From: Candidatus Binatia bacterium
GTDB lineage: Bacteria; Desulfobacterota; Binatia; UTPRO1
Direction: 5' to 3'
NCBI GenBank assembly: GCA_041485125.1
Contig: JBGPIT010000003.1
Location: forward strand, 1 to 46,221
DNA: 46,221 nt
The position numbers and the translations under genes are program-made. Under the pieces are notes generated by a model. The model saw nothing but the letters and a program-made list of their open reading frames with translations. It did no database searches and was not told the DNA's origin. This document shows, piece after piece, positions 21,697 to 30,251 of the stretch (position 1 is its first letter; every line of letters begins with the position of its first letter).

Positions 21697-22283
21697 CGAC
21701 GACTGGAATCCTGGTGTTCGACGATGCCGAGGAGCTCGACTTCGTGGGGCCGTGGGAGGTGCTCACCTTCGCGGCACAGATGAATCAGGAGGACTGCGTG
21801 GTCCTGATCGCCGAGCACGACCGGCCGGTACGTTGCGCGAAGGGCCTGCGCGTGCTCCCCGATCACACTTTCGCCGACGCCCCGGCGCTCGACGTCGTCT
21901 TGGTTCCGGGCGGGCAGGGCACCCGCCGCGAGGTCGACAACCCGGTGCTGATCGGCTGGATCCGGAGCGTCGCGCCCCACTGCCAGTGGGTGACGAGCGT
22001 CTGCACCGGCGCCTTGCTGCTGCACGAGGCGGGGGTCGCGAAAGGGAAGCGCATCACCACGCACTGGGCCTTCGTCGAGACGCTGCGCGGCCGCGGCGAC
22101 GCGACGGTGCTGGAGCGCGTCCGATACGTCCGCGACGGCAACGTCGTCACCGCGGCCGGCGTGTCGGCCGGGATCGACATGGCACTCTGGCTGGTCGGGC
22201 AGCTCCGCGGTCCCGACTTCGCACGGACGGTCCAACGAGGGATCGAGTACGACCCGGCGCCGCCCTACGCTGCCGAGGCTTGA
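21693..22283 (+). CDS. DJ-1/PfpI family protein (isonitrile-hydratase-like)
   Basis: EELDFVGPWEV, VPGG, catalytic SVCTG, AAGVSAGID and IEYDPAPP. ATGA overlap with the regulator. Confidence 0.92.
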   Translation: MTTTGILVFDDAEELDFVGPWEVLTFAAQMNQEDCVVLIAEHDRPVRCAKGLRVLPDHTFADAPALDVVLVPGGQGTRREVDNPVLIGWIRSVAPHCQWVTSVCTGALLLHEAGVAKGKRITTHWAFVETLRGRGDATVLERVRYVRDGNVVTAAGVSAGIDMALWLVGQLRGPDFARTVQRGIEYDPAPPYAAEA

Positions 22284-22392
22284 CCGCGCGACTGCCGTCG
22301 ACGCCGACGCGCGAGCTGGCGAGAGGTCCGCGGCGTAGACCCGCCCCGGGCGGCGCGCGATCAGCGCGCCGAGCCGGCGGCAGGCTCCGGGG

Positions 22393-23208
22393 TCAGCGCG
22401 CCGCCGGCTTGGGGCTCGACGCGGCAGCGCTCGCGGCGGGCGGCGGCTCCCACGGAAGGGGCGTCGCGGCGGCGACGCTCGCCGGCGCGAGCAGCTCGGG
22501 TGGGATCGTCGCGTTCTGCGACCAGCGGAGGTGCAGCTTCAGCGTGGCGCTCTCGGGGTAGTTCTGGATCTCGATCGTCGTCGGCCACCACTTCTTCCCG
22601 ATCAGGACGTGGTCGCTGTCGAGGCGGAGCTTGACGAGGTTGTTGAGCGTCTTGGCGTAGAACTGCGTCCGCGACGGGACCTGTTTCTCCTTGTCGATCA
22701 GGTACGCGCGGTAGACGTACGCCGACTCGACGGCGGGATGCATGCCGACGAGGACGGTGTCCGTGCCCTCGTCGGTGATCTGCTGGGTCTTGAAGTCGTC
22801 GGCGATGAACCGGCTCAGGTCCTCGTAGGAGAGCCCGAGCGCGCCGATCGGGGCGCCGATCGGCACCGTCTCGGTCTTCGAGCCGACCTGCTGCATCACC
22901 TTGCGCTCGTTGCCGAGCACCAGCGCGCGCATGGCGGGGTCGCGGATCTGTAAATACCAGCGTGCCTCCTTGCCGGGCGCGAACACCGCGATCGCCTGGA
23001 GCTTGCGCGTCGTCCCTGCGACGTCGACCTCGCCGTCGATGTCGGCACGCATCGCCGTCTGCGGGGTGTTCATGTCCTGCATGGTGAGCAACAGCAGGCG
23101 GAGATTGCCGCCGTCGATCTCGGCCGCCCTCGCCGGCGCGGCAGAGGCGATCGCGAGGAGCACGATCCCGACCAGCCGGTACAGAGTGTTGCTCGAGTTG
23201 ATGATCAT
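22393..23208 (-). CDS. Secreted LolA-like (outer-membrane lipoprotein-sorting family) protein
   Basis: Signal peptide ending APARA, GLSYEDL and LIDKEKQVPSRTQFY resemble the LolA_like family. GGAGG ribosome-binding site. Confidence 0.65.
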   Translation of the reverse strand: MIINSSNTLYRLVGIVLLAIASAAPARAAEIDGGNLRLLLLTMQDMNTPQTAMRADIDGEVDVAGTTRKLQAIAVFAPGKEARWYLQIRDPAMRALVLGNERKVMQQVGSKTETVPIGAPIGALGLSYEDLSRFIADDFKTQQITDEGTDTVLVGMHPAVESAYVYRAYLIDKEKQVPSRTQFYAKTLNNLVKLRLDSDHVLIGKKWWPTTIEIQNYPESATLKLHLRWSQNATIPPELLAPASVAAATPLPWEPPPAASAAASSPKPAAR

Positions 23209-23696
23209 CCGACCTCCAGGGCACCGACCGCGAGCCACCCGCAACGCCGGCACGTTCGGTGCCTCGAACACGGCGCCATCGACGGGGTCGCGGCGCAAGG
23301 GAGCGGTTGCGAGTCGCGCGGAATGGGCGCGACTGTATCTGAATGGGTTCGCGCCTTGTCAAGGTAACGGCGTCCAGTTGGCGCGATCACGCCCTCGCAC
23401 GTCGTCGTCTACCGTACAGTGTCGCCGGCAAGAGGGCCGCACGACGTCCCACGCGACGGATGTTGGTCGGCGCAGCCGCGAGCACCGACGGCGATCGCCG
23501 GCACCTCGGGTAACGCGCCGCAGCGTCGGCAGAATTCAGTTTACAAAAGCAGCCGTCCTGGGTTACAAGCCGCCACGGCTGGACCCCGTCGTTGCCGGCT
23601 TTGCCCACGTGTCAGGCGCGACAATCTCCTCCAGCTAGGTGCCGGTTCCTCATTACAATCACAATCCGCGACTCGCTTGTCCACAGGGAGGATTCG

Positions 23697-25646
23697 ATGA
23701 AACGTCTCGTCGTCTCGACGATCGCCGCGACACTGCTCGCGCCCGCCGTTGCTCTCGCCGCCATCTCATGTCCTGACCGCGCGCCCGCGGCTATCGGCAC
23801 CTCGCTCGACCCCACGGTGGTGAAGTGCCAGCTCACGATCGCCAAGGTCACCTCGAAGTTCGTGCAGACGAAGCTGCAGACGATGGCCAAGTGCCATCTG
23901 AAGCAGCCCGCGGGTGCCTGTCCGATGCTCAAGGACACGCAGAAGATCGAGAAGGACGCGATCAAGGCCGCCGACGCGATCGCCAAGGACTGCGGCGCCG
24001 ATGCCGTTCAATCCGCCCTTCCCAGCTCGTACTCGAGCCTGACCGACGAGGGCGTGATCAGCAGCTGCACGCTGTCGCAGAACAACGCGACCGCCGGGGT
24101 CCTCGACGGCATCCTGCATGGCGTGTCGACGACGTTTCCGGGCCAGCCCAACACGCGCGCCAAGTGCGTGCAGACGATCAGCAAGGCCGGCACCAAGTAC
24201 GCGATCGCGGCTTTGGCGATCGTCAACAAGTGTCTCGCCAGCCAAATGAAAGACGGCACGCTGGGGAACCTGTCGCCGATCTGCGTCGGCTCGTACTCGG
24301 GCGGCGCGTTCGTCCCGCCGACCGATCCCGACGCCGCAGACGGCCTCGCGAAGCTCGCGACCAAGACCCAGGACTCGCTCGCCAAGGATTGCAGTCCCGG
24401 TGAGGGCGGGTTTGGCGCCGGCTTCATCCACTCGATCTTCGCCTGCCAGGGTCCCGTGACCGCCGCCGACGTCCAACAGTGTGTGATCTGCGGCGGCGAG
24501 GACGCGGTCATGAGCCTGGTGAGCGCGCAGCAAGGCGAAACCGGCACGTTCGTCGCCAATGGACCGGTGGGCGCTCTGCAAGCGGCCGTCGACGGCGCGG
24601 CGCCGAACACCAAGTTCCTGATCGGCTCGGGCACGTACGCCGAGCAGGTGCTGCTGCCGTACACGACCGACGGCCTGCAATTCGTCGGCTGCGGCGGCGC
24701 CACCAACAACCGCCCGAAGATCGTGCCCCCGTCGGGTCCCGGCCCGTTCGCGAACGGCTTCACGAACACCTGCACGTCCTTCGATCCGATCATCACGGAG
24801 GCCTGCATCGACGGCGTCGACAACCTGCTCTTCCAGAGCCTCGAGGTGGGGGCGTTCGACGAGAACGGCATCCGCGTGAACGGCTCGAACGGCGTCACCT
24901 TCCGCGACGTCATCGTCGACGGTGGGCTGAACTCGGAGTACGCGGTCTTCCCGGTCCACAGCAACAACGTTCTCGTCGAGACGACGAGCGTGAAGAACGT
25001 GAACGACGCCGGCATCTACGTCGGGCAATCGACGAACATCACGGTGCGTTTCAACCGGGTCGAGCACAACGTCGCCGGCATCGAGATCGAGAACTCGGAG
25101 TTCGCGAACGTCCACAACAATTTCAGCACCAACAACACCGGCGGCCTCCTCGTCTTCAAGCTGCCCGACCCGCCGGTCCAGGTCTCGCACGGCCACGTCA
25201 TCAGCCACAACGTCTCGATCACCAACAACACGACGAACTTCGGCGCCCCCGGCTCGACCGTCGGCGTCATTCCCGACGGGACGGGCTTCCTGGTCTTGTC
25301 GAACGACGACTCGGACTTCCGCTACAACATCGCGACCGGCAACAACTCGTTCGGCTTCGTCTTGATCGACCAAGACGGCGTGAACGCGCTCGCCGGGATG
25401 CCGGTCTTCTCCCCCACCAGCCCCGAGCAGGCGGTCACTGGCAACAAGGTCCGGTTCAACTACTTCCACACCAACGGCGGCGCACCCGACGACACGCCGC
25501 CCAACGACACTGCGGGGCTCTCCGGCGACATCGCGTTCTTCCTGAGCGACCAAAGTGGCGGCAACCACAACAACTGCTTCCTCGGCAACGACGTCGATCA
25601 GTTCGGGTTCCCGAATCTCGGCACCGACTCCGACTGCACTCCCTGA
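23697..25646 (+). CDS. Secreted protein: N-terminal tandem Cys-rich helical domain plus parallel beta-helix domain
   Basis: GGGAGG RBS and Sec signal MKRLVV...AVALA. Two C-x21-C units. Beta-helix motifs YAVFPV, DAGIYVGQS, NVAGIEIENS and NNTGGLLVF resemble the TIGR03805 beta_helix_1 family (from memory). Confidence 0.85.
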   Translation: MKRLVVSTIAATLLAPAVALAAISCPDRAPAAIGTSLDPTVVKCQLTIAKVTSKFVQTKLQTMAKCHLKQPAGACPMLKDTQKIEKDAIKAADAIAKDCGADAVQSALPSSYSSLTDEGVISSCTLSQNNATAGVLDGILHGVSTTFPGQPNTRAKCVQTISKAGTKYAIAALAIVNKCLASQMKDGTLGNLSPICVGSYSGGAFVPPTDPDAADGLAKLATKTQDSLAKDCSPGEGGFGAGFIHSIFACQGPVTAADVQQCVICGGEDAVMSLVSAQQGETGTFVANGPVGALQAAVDGAAPNTKFLIGSGTYAEQVLLPYTTDGLQFVGCGGATNNRPKIVPPSGPGPFANGFTNTCTSFDPIITEACIDGVDNLLFQSLEVGAFDENGIRVNGSNGVTFRDVIVDGGLNSEYAVFPVHSNNVLVETTSVKNVNDAGIYVGQSTNITVRFNRVEHNVAGIEIENSEFANVHNNFSTNNTGGLLVFKLPDPPVQVSHGHVISHNVSITNNTTNFGAPGSTVGVIPDGTGFLVLSNDDSDFRYNIATGNNSFGFVLIDQDGVNALAGMPVFSPTSPEQAVTGNKVRFNYFHTNGGAPDDTPPNDTAGLSGDIAFFLSDQSGGNHNNCFLGNDVDQFGFPNLGTDSDCTP

Positions 25647-25669
25647 CCGTCGGCCGAGGTGAGGACGCG

Positions 25670-28099
25670 ATGAACAGACGGTTCTCGATCGAGTCAGCGG
25701 CGCGGCGTCTCCCGCGCCGCCGACTCGTACCGCTCCTCGCCGCCGTCGTGGTGGTGGCGATGGCGTGGTCGCCGGTCGCGGCCTTGCCGTACCCGACGAC
25801 GCGCGAGGACTTCCGTCTGCCGGGAACGCAGCCTCTCACCGTCACCGATCCATTCGCGCTGCCGAGCGCGTGCTCACCGTGTCATAGCAACTACGGCCAG
25901 CCGTCGGTCGAGCCCTTTCGTAACTGGAAGGGCTCGATGATGGCGCATTCCGGCCGCGATCCGCTGATGCTGGCGGCGCTCGCGGTCGCCAACCAAGACC
26001 TGGAGCACTCCGGCGAGACCTGCCTGCGCTGTCACATGCCGAAAGGGTGGCTCGAGGGCCGCTCGACGCCCGAGGACGGCACCGCCATCAACGCCGGCGA
26101 CCGCGAAGGCGTGCAGTGCACCATCTGCCACCGCCTGGTCGATCCGTTCGCCGCTCCCGAGAACCCTCCACAAGATGGTCCGATTCTCGCCGGCCTCTCG
26201 CAGCCGGTGCCGATCCTGAGCTCGGCGATGATGGTCGTCGATCCGCTCGACCGGCTGCGCGGGCCGTTCGACATCGTCGCCGACCTCGGCAGCGATCCGC
26301 ATGCCCCGACGCGTCCGACGCTGGTCTCGCCGTTCCACGAGAGCGCCGAGCTCTGCGGCGTCTGCCACAACGTCGGCAACCCGGCGTTCACCCGCAACAT
26401 GTCGGGGGAGTACGATCTGAACGCGCTCGACACTCCCGGCGATCCGACGCTCGCCTTCCCGGAGCAGTCGACCTACGACGAGTGGGCGGCCAGCACCTAC
26501 GCGGCGACCGGCGTGCTCGCGCCGCAGTTCGGTCGCAACCAGAGCGTCGTCTCGACTTGCCAGAGCTGCCACATGCCCGACGTGTCGGGCCGCGACGCGA
26601 ACGGCGGCGTGACGCGTGACGATGTCCCGCTCCACGAGTTCGTCGGCGGCAACGCGTTCATTCCGAAGATCCTGCCCTTTCACCCGGCCTTCGGCGCCGA
26701 GGTCGACGCGAGCCTGCTGGCGAGCACCGTCGACAAGGCCACCGCGATGCTCCGCCGCGCCGCGAAGCTGAGCCTCGACCTCGCCGGCGGGACGCTCACC
26801 GTCCGCGTCACCAACGAGAGCGGCCACAAGCTCCCGACCGGCTATCCGGACGGCCGGCGCATGTGGCTGCACGTCCGCGCCTTCGACATGAACCGCGCCG
26901 TGGTCTTCGAGTCCGGCCGCTACGTCTTCTCGACCGCCGACCTCGTCGGCTACGGGGCCGCACCGATGGACCCGGGCTACGATCCGTATCTGCACGTGTG
27001 GGAAGCGGTGTACAGCATCAGCCCCGCGCTCGCCGTCACTCTCGGAGTCGCGCCGGGTTCGAGCCAGCATCTCGTGCTCAACAACGTGCGCGAGAAGGAC
27101 AACCGCATTCCGCCGCTCGGCTTCACCAACGCCGCCTACGAGGCGTTCGACGGCGAGCCGGTCGGCGCGAGCTACGCCGACGGCCAGAACTTCGACGAGG
27201 TCGCGTATCCGGTCGGGGCGAACGCGGTGCAGGCCGAGGTCACGCTCTACTACCAGACCGCGTCGCGGGAGTACGTCGACTTCCTGCGCGACGAGAACCT
27301 CACCAACGCCGCCGGCAACATCCTGCACGACCTCTGGGAGGATCACGACAAGTCGACGCCGATCGCGATGGCGCAGGGCTTCTTCGAGGCCGACCGCAGC
27401 GTCGTCAACAACTGCCACAAGACGATCGCGCAGGAAGAGGACCGCTTCGCCAAGAAGTACATGAAGGAGTGGGACAAGTGCTTCGCGACCCGCGTGCGGG
27501 GCCTGACCTGCGACGCGACCGGCCGCGATGCGCGCATCGCCGCCGCGGAGGCGAAGCTGCGCAGCAAGATCGGCGGACCGAAAGACCGCCGCTGTGCCGG
27601 TGCGAACCTGACCCCGGTCACGCTCGGTCACGGCACCTCGTGCCCGGTACCGTGCGCGAGCATCGTCCTCTTCGACATGACCGACCTGGCGTCGTGCTCG
27701 GTCTGCATGACGACGGCACTCGGCGACGCCGCGCTCGACGCCGCCTACGGTGCCGATCCGCCGGCGCTTCCCGCTCCGCTGCCTGCCGGCGCGCGCTCTT
27801 GCCAGAGCAAGCTCGCGAAGGCCGCGACCGGCCTCGCAACCGAATGGACGCGTGCGCTCGGCCGCTGCGAGCAACAGAACCTCGCGAGCGGCGGACCGCC
27901 CGCAAGCTGCGTCCTCGATCCGGAGGGCGCGATCGCGCGCGCGCAAGCGAAGGCGGGAAGCAAGGTCGCGAGCTGCGGCGCTTTCTCGGGGCTCGCCGGA
28001 TGTGGCGCCGCGGGCGCGCTGCCGGCCGTCCAACAGTGCGTGAACGACGCGTTCACCACCGTCGCGCCCGACTACACGCGCGTGGCGTATCCGAGGTGA
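25670..28099 (+). CDS. Secreted pentaheme c-type cytochrome with C-terminal tandem Cys-rich domain (809 aa)
   Basis: Five CxxCH motifs (CSPCH, CLRCH, CTICH, CGVCH, CQSCH), GHKLPTG..RRMWL, a signal peptide and a 14-Cys C-terminal domain. True start at 25670 after GAGG. Confidence 0.9.
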   Translation: MNRRFSIESAARRLPRRRLVPLLAAVVVVAMAWSPVAALPYPTTREDFRLPGTQPLTVTDPFALPSACSPCHSNYGQPSVEPFRNWKGSMMAHSGRDPLMLAALAVANQDLEHSGETCLRCHMPKGWLEGRSTPEDGTAINAGDREGVQCTICHRLVDPFAAPENPPQDGPILAGLSQPVPILSSAMMVVDPLDRLRGPFDIVADLGSDPHAPTRPTLVSPFHESAELCGVCHNVGNPAFTRNMSGEYDLNALDTPGDPTLAFPEQSTYDEWAASTYAATGVLAPQFGRNQSVVSTCQSCHMPDVSGRDANGGVTRDDVPLHEFVGGNAFIPKILPFHPAFGAEVDASLLASTVDKATAMLRRAAKLSLDLAGGTLTVRVTNESGHKLPTGYPDGRRMWLHVRAFDMNRAVVFESGRYVFSTADLVGYGAAPMDPGYDPYLHVWEAVYSISPALAVTLGVAPGSSQHLVLNNVREKDNRIPPLGFTNAAYEAFDGEPVGASYADGQNFDEVAYPVGANAVQAEVTLYYQTASREYVDFLRDENLTNAAGNILHDLWEDHDKSTPIAMAQGFFEADRSVVNNCHKTIAQEEDRFAKKYMKEWDKCFATRVRGLTCDATGRDARIAAAEAKLRSKIGGPKDRRCAGANLTPVTLGHGTSCPVPCASIVLFDMTDLASCSVCMTTALGDAALDAAYGADPPALPAPLPAGARSCQSKLAKAATGLATEWTRALGRCEQQNLASGGPPASCVLDPEGAIARAQAKAGSKVASCGAFSGLAGCGAAGALPAVQQCVNDAFTTVAPDYTRVAYPR

Positions 28100-28101
28100 C
28101 C

Positions 28102-29553
28102 ATGCGAGCGCGACTCCTCACGATCGTCGGCGTCCTCGGTCTCCTGATCGCGCGCGATGCATTCGCGCGCCCGACCTACTTCGCGGTCTTCACCGGCCGC
28201 TACGGTCTGACCAGCGACGATCGCACCTACGCGTGCGGCAACTGCCACTTCCGCTGGACCGGCACCGGCGCGCGCAACCCGTTCGGCACCGCGGTCGAGC
28301 AGCAGCTCTACGTCGGCAAGTCGATCAACCAAGCCCTGCAGGACATCGAGAACGACGACTCCGACGGCGACGGCTTCACCAACGTCGACGAGATCGTGAA
28401 CTTCAAGACGCTGCCCGGCTACTCGTGCGCCAACTTCCAGGACGCGGTCGGCGCGCCCGCCGACTACCACTCGTTCATCACGCCGATGGTCGCCTCGTGT
28501 CTCGAGCCGCTCGACATCCGGATCGCGCCGAGCCAGCTCGGCTTCCTCACCGACGCGGGCGTACCGGAAACCTTGCCGGTGACGGTCTTCAACAACGGCC
28601 AGGACGACCCGATCATCGTGAACGCGTACGGTCTCCTTCCCGGAGCGCATCCCGCCTTCAGCGTCAGCGGGCCGACGGCGCCGTTCGTGATTCCGGTCGG
28701 GCAGAGCGTCGTGCTGAACGTGACGTTTGCGCCGCCGGGAGGGGTCTTCGGGGCGGCGACCTTGCGGGTCTCATCCAACGATCCCGACGAGGCCGACATC
28801 GACGTGCCGATGAACGGCTTCGGCGTCGTCCACGTCCTCGCGCCGGCGGCGGCGCGCGCCGCGTGCCTGCGCGACCTCGACATCGCGTTCCGGCGTTACT
28901 CGAAGAAGCACCTCAAGGCATGGTCGGAGTGCTACCTCGACGAGGTCGCCGGGCTTGCGTGCGACTCCGGCCAGCGTGATCTCGTCATCCAGCAGGCGGC
29001 GCAGAAGCTGCGCGACGCGATCGGCGGCAGCAAAGACCGCCGCTGTACCGCCGCCGGCATCACCCCTTCGCTCCTCGGCTATCCGTCCACCTGCGGCGGC
29101 TCGTGCGGCTCGATCCAGGTGAACAGCATGGGGCGTCTCGTCGACTGCGTCGTCTGCCGCGAGGACGAGGGCATGGCGGACATGCTGCGCGCCGGCATCG
29201 GCACCGCGCCCCCCGACCTGCCGCCGAACACCGTCGGCTCCGCGCGCGCGCGAGCCTGCCAGAAGCAGATCCTCGGTGCGGCGCAGAAGGGCATCGCCGC
29301 GCTCGTGAAGACCCTCGCCCGCTGCGAGATCGCCAACGTGACCGCGTCGACGCCGGTCGATTGCGCGACGACACTGGCGTCGCAGGTCGCCGTCATCAAG
29401 GGCAAAGCGGACGCGCCGCTCGCCTCGTGCGGCGACACCTCGGGCCTCGACGCGTGTCCCTTCGAGCCGCCGAACGATCCGACCTGTCTCGGGCAGAGCG
29501 TCGAGTCGGTCGGCTCGAGCCTGGTCGACGCGACCGTCGGTTTCAACGACTGA
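28102..29553 (+). CDS. Secreted monoheme cytochrome c with Ca-binding DxDxDG loop, Ig-like domain and tandem Cys-rich domain (483 aa)
   Basis: Signal peptide ending DAFA, CGNCH, DSDGDGFTNVDEI, beta-sandwich segment ending SSNDPDE and a 14-Cys C-terminal domain. Starts 2 nt after the previous stop. Confidence 0.85.
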   Translation: MRARLLTIVGVLGLLIARDAFARPTYFAVFTGRYGLTSDDRTYACGNCHFRWTGTGARNPFGTAVEQQLYVGKSINQALQDIENDDSDGDGFTNVDEIVNFKTLPGYSCANFQDAVGAPADYHSFITPMVASCLEPLDIRIAPSQLGFLTDAGVPETLPVTVFNNGQDDPIIVNAYGLLPGAHPAFSVSGPTAPFVIPVGQSVVLNVTFAPPGGVFGAATLRVSSNDPDEADIDVPMNGFGVVHVLAPAAARAACLRDLDIAFRRYSKKHLKAWSECYLDEVAGLACDSGQRDLVIQQAAQKLRDAIGGSKDRRCTAAGITPSLLGYPSTCGGSCGSIQVNSMGRLVDCVVCREDEGMADMLRAGIGTAPPDLPPNTVGSARARACQKQILGAAQKGIAALVKTLARCEIANVTASTPVDCATTLASQVAVIKGKADAPLASCGDTSGLDACPFEPPNDPTCLGQSVESVGSSLVDATVGFND

Positions 29554-29627
29554 CGGCCGCGATCCGGATCGCGTCGCCTCGGGCGACGGTCGGCGTCGAC
29601 GCCTGACGACGGTCGCGGGCGGCGATG

Positions 29628-30251
29628 TTACGCGACCGCGTCGAGCGCGTGAGCGAGTGCCCGCGCCGCGAGCGCGGCGTCGGGCGCCTCGAGGATCGCG
29701 CGCACGACGGCGATGCCGTCCGCGCCGGCGCGTCGAACCGCACCGGCCTGCGCCCCGTCGATGCCGCCGATCGCGATGACCGGCACGGTCGAGCGGGCGG
29801 CGCGAATCACGTCGGCGCCGAGCGGCGCGCCATAGCCGTGTTTCGACGGCGTCGCGAAGATCGGCCCGAGGATCACGTAGTCGGCGCCGGCCGCAGCCGC
29901 CGCGCGCGCCTCGTCGGCGCCGTGCGTCGAGCGGCCGACGAGGAGCCGGTCGCGGACGAGCGCGCGCGCGTGCACGATCGTGAGCCCGGCGGCGGGGAGA
30001 TGCACGCCGTCGGCGTCCGCCACGATCGCGACGTCGGTGCGGTCGTTCACGAGCAGCGCCGCGCCGTACGCGCTGGTGAGCGCCCGGAGCGTCCGCGCGG
30101 CCGCGAGCAGCGCGCCGCCGTCGGCATCGCGGTCGCGCAGCTGCACCGCATCGACGCCGCCGGCGAGCGCGGCCGCGATCACATCCGCGCGCCGCGCGAC
30201 GTCGCCGGTGGCGACGACGAGCATGCAGCGGAACGCCGCGCGGCGGGTCAC
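29628..30251 (-). CDS. thiE: Thiamine-phosphate synthase
   Basis: [28 protein letters not shown] and AIGGI. Confidence 0.93.
   Translation of the reverse strand: MTRRAAFRCMLVVATGDVARRADVIAAALAGGVDAVQLRDRDADGGALLAAARTLRALTSAYGAALLVNDRTDVAIVADADGVHLPAAGLTIVHARALVRDRLLVGRSTHGADEARAAAAAGADYVILGPIFATPSKHGYGAPLGADVIRAARSTVPVIAIGGIDGAQAGAVRRAGADGIAVVRAILEAPDAALAARALAHALDAVA

Noticed and set aside
23769-24540. AKCH and CVICG in gene 1, and CSVCM and CVVCR in genes 2 and 3, as extra heme sites
   Set aside because: None is CxxCH. They align with the Cys-rich domain and are more simply explained as disulfides.
24479-25669. N-terminal ~400 aa of the 1206-aa ORF, and likewise 26863-28101 of the 896-aa ORF
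   Set aside because: Arg-rich off-frame read-through overlapping the upstream gene. The true starts, with RBS and signal peptides, are at 25670 and 28102.
23697-29553. Cytochrome operon as a recently acquired island, or as an Mtr/Omc porin-cytochrome conduit
   Set aside because: No integrase, tRNA or flanking repeats, and codon style looks like the neighbours by eye. There is no beta-barrel porin gene and heme density is low.
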